DNA from: Octopus vulgaris
Lineage: Eukaryota
DNA: 64,000 nt
Direction: 5' to 3'
NCBI GenBank assembly: GCA_951406725.2
Contig: OX597814.1
Span: 56,234,001 to 56,298,000 of the forward strand
Shown one piece after another: positions 62,543 to 64,000 of this stretch. The position numbers were made by a program, and so were the translations under genes. Positions within the stretch are counted from its first letter, which is position 1. The number at the start of each line of letters is the position of its first letter. The notes beneath the pieces were generated by a model, which made no database searches, was not told where the DNA came from, and was given only the letters and a program-made list of their open reading frames with translations.

Positions 62543-64000
62543 GTAAGTTTAAACAATTCAATTTCATTGCAGTTTGTTTTCTGTGTTACCATTGTCATCA
62601 TCATCATCATTTTAAAATCCAGTTTTCCATGCTTGCATGGGTCAGATGGAATTTGTTTAGGTAGATTTTCTCTGGCTAGATGTAGTTCTCGTCATCACCC
62701 CCGACCTGTTTCCCAGCAACAAGGTAATAATATTTCCCCCTGGCCGAATAAGTTTTCACCAAAGATTGGAAATGAATGACACCACTTGTATGACTGTAAC
62801 ATTCATTTACAGCTATCAGGTAATGTCAAAACAAGGTAACGTGCGCGCGCGCACGCACACACACGCACACACACACACATGGAGACACATTCATGTACAT
62901 GCCATTTATACATTCATAAACATATGCATGCACACACATACTCAGTGGGCTTCTTTCAGTTTCCTTTTCACATTGCTTTGCTTGGTTGAAACTATAGCAG
63001 AAGACACTTGCCCAAGGTGCCATGCAATGAAACTGAACTTAAAACCACAAGTTTGGGATTTCATATTTATTTATTTCTGTTTATTTTATATTGTAATTGA
63101 TGAACAGCAGGAATATAGGTTTGGGGTTTCCAGTAGGCCACTAACTGTTTACATTTCTGACAGTATGAGTGGTAAAGAAGTGTCTGTTATTCATTTCAGA
63201 ACAACTATCACAAGGGATTTCATTTGTAAAGCAATGCTTCTTCACATTCCTTGTTTACATGTGTATTCTTTGCTACTGTACTTTAGCGAAAGATATATAT
63301 ATATATATATGTATATATACACACATGCGCACGCACACGCACACTGTTTGTTGTTATTCCACCCTAGGAAGGTCAGTCCTAATGAATGAAAGATGTTCTA
63401 GCCATGACTATCCCATTTGTTATTTAGATGAAGTTTATAGCTAAGACTTCATTATCCAATGTGTCTTTCTTCAACAGATTAAGTGACTACATAGAGGCTC
63501 CTTTGTTCATTGATCTAATATTGTTCTATCAGAAATTAAGCAAGTCTAAATAGATACAGAAAGGCACAGATAGACAGACAGACCTTGCACATCTATATCT
63601 TGCTTGCATTCCTTCTATGTTATTTATGACTTCCAGTTAATAAATAATCAGATTTAAGCATGGTTAGCCATAAGCAGGTAGTGAGATGCATTTGTAAATG
63701 CAGTGCTGTTGATGAGCAACTAACACATCATATATTGAATCAAAATTTTCAGCATCTGAATACTTCAGTATAGATTATTAAATCAATGTTGCCTCCTTTA
63801 TCTATGACAATGATTAACTTGTGAAATTGATGAAGCACATAAATAACAGGCTAGAAAACAATGACTGTTTAATGCCAAAACAGCTCCATAGTGGCACAGT
63901 GTGAATTTAAACAAAATAAGCAATTATCTTTTGGCAGTTACTTGAGATTGCATACGATCAAATTGGGAATTGAAACACTGCTACATGGAAGATAACATAC

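Noticed and set aside
62766-63389. 207-aa ORF after the last exon
   Set aside because: Runs through SINE and microsatellite sequence; no FAM20B similarity (the next exon should begin around WE..YC).

Overview
AT-rich, repeat-dense eukaryotic DNA, most likely from an octopus (inferred from the SINE, RTE and MITE families and microsatellite load, not from a search). The only host gene visible is FAM20B (glycosaminoglycan xylosylkinase) on the + strand. Three internal coding exons (27438-27524, 49426-49535, 62374-62542) splice in frame across 21.9-kb and 12.8-kb introns; the remaining exons were not found in the window. The rest is mobile DNA: a young 5'-truncated RTE LINE with an open 621-aa RT frame, decayed RTE/CR1/Tx1 LINEs, a Ty3/Gypsy pol remnant, pogo/Tigger, mariner and DD37D transposase relics, piggyBac-like MITEs and several tRNA-derived SINE families. 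Three signals stand out. (1) A 359-bp unit with 40-bp terminal direct repeats whose centre folds into a long hairpin capped by a type I hammerhead with a compensated U3-A8 core (retrozyme-like, 6773-7171). (2) A ~0.9-kb non-coding insert with two divergent hammerhead-like motifs and a ~100-bp inverted repeat (Penelope-like, 50068-50952). (3) A C4HC3 PHD finger embedded in the RTE reverse transcriptase, present in two copies. All folds and alignments were done by eye and need computational confirmation.
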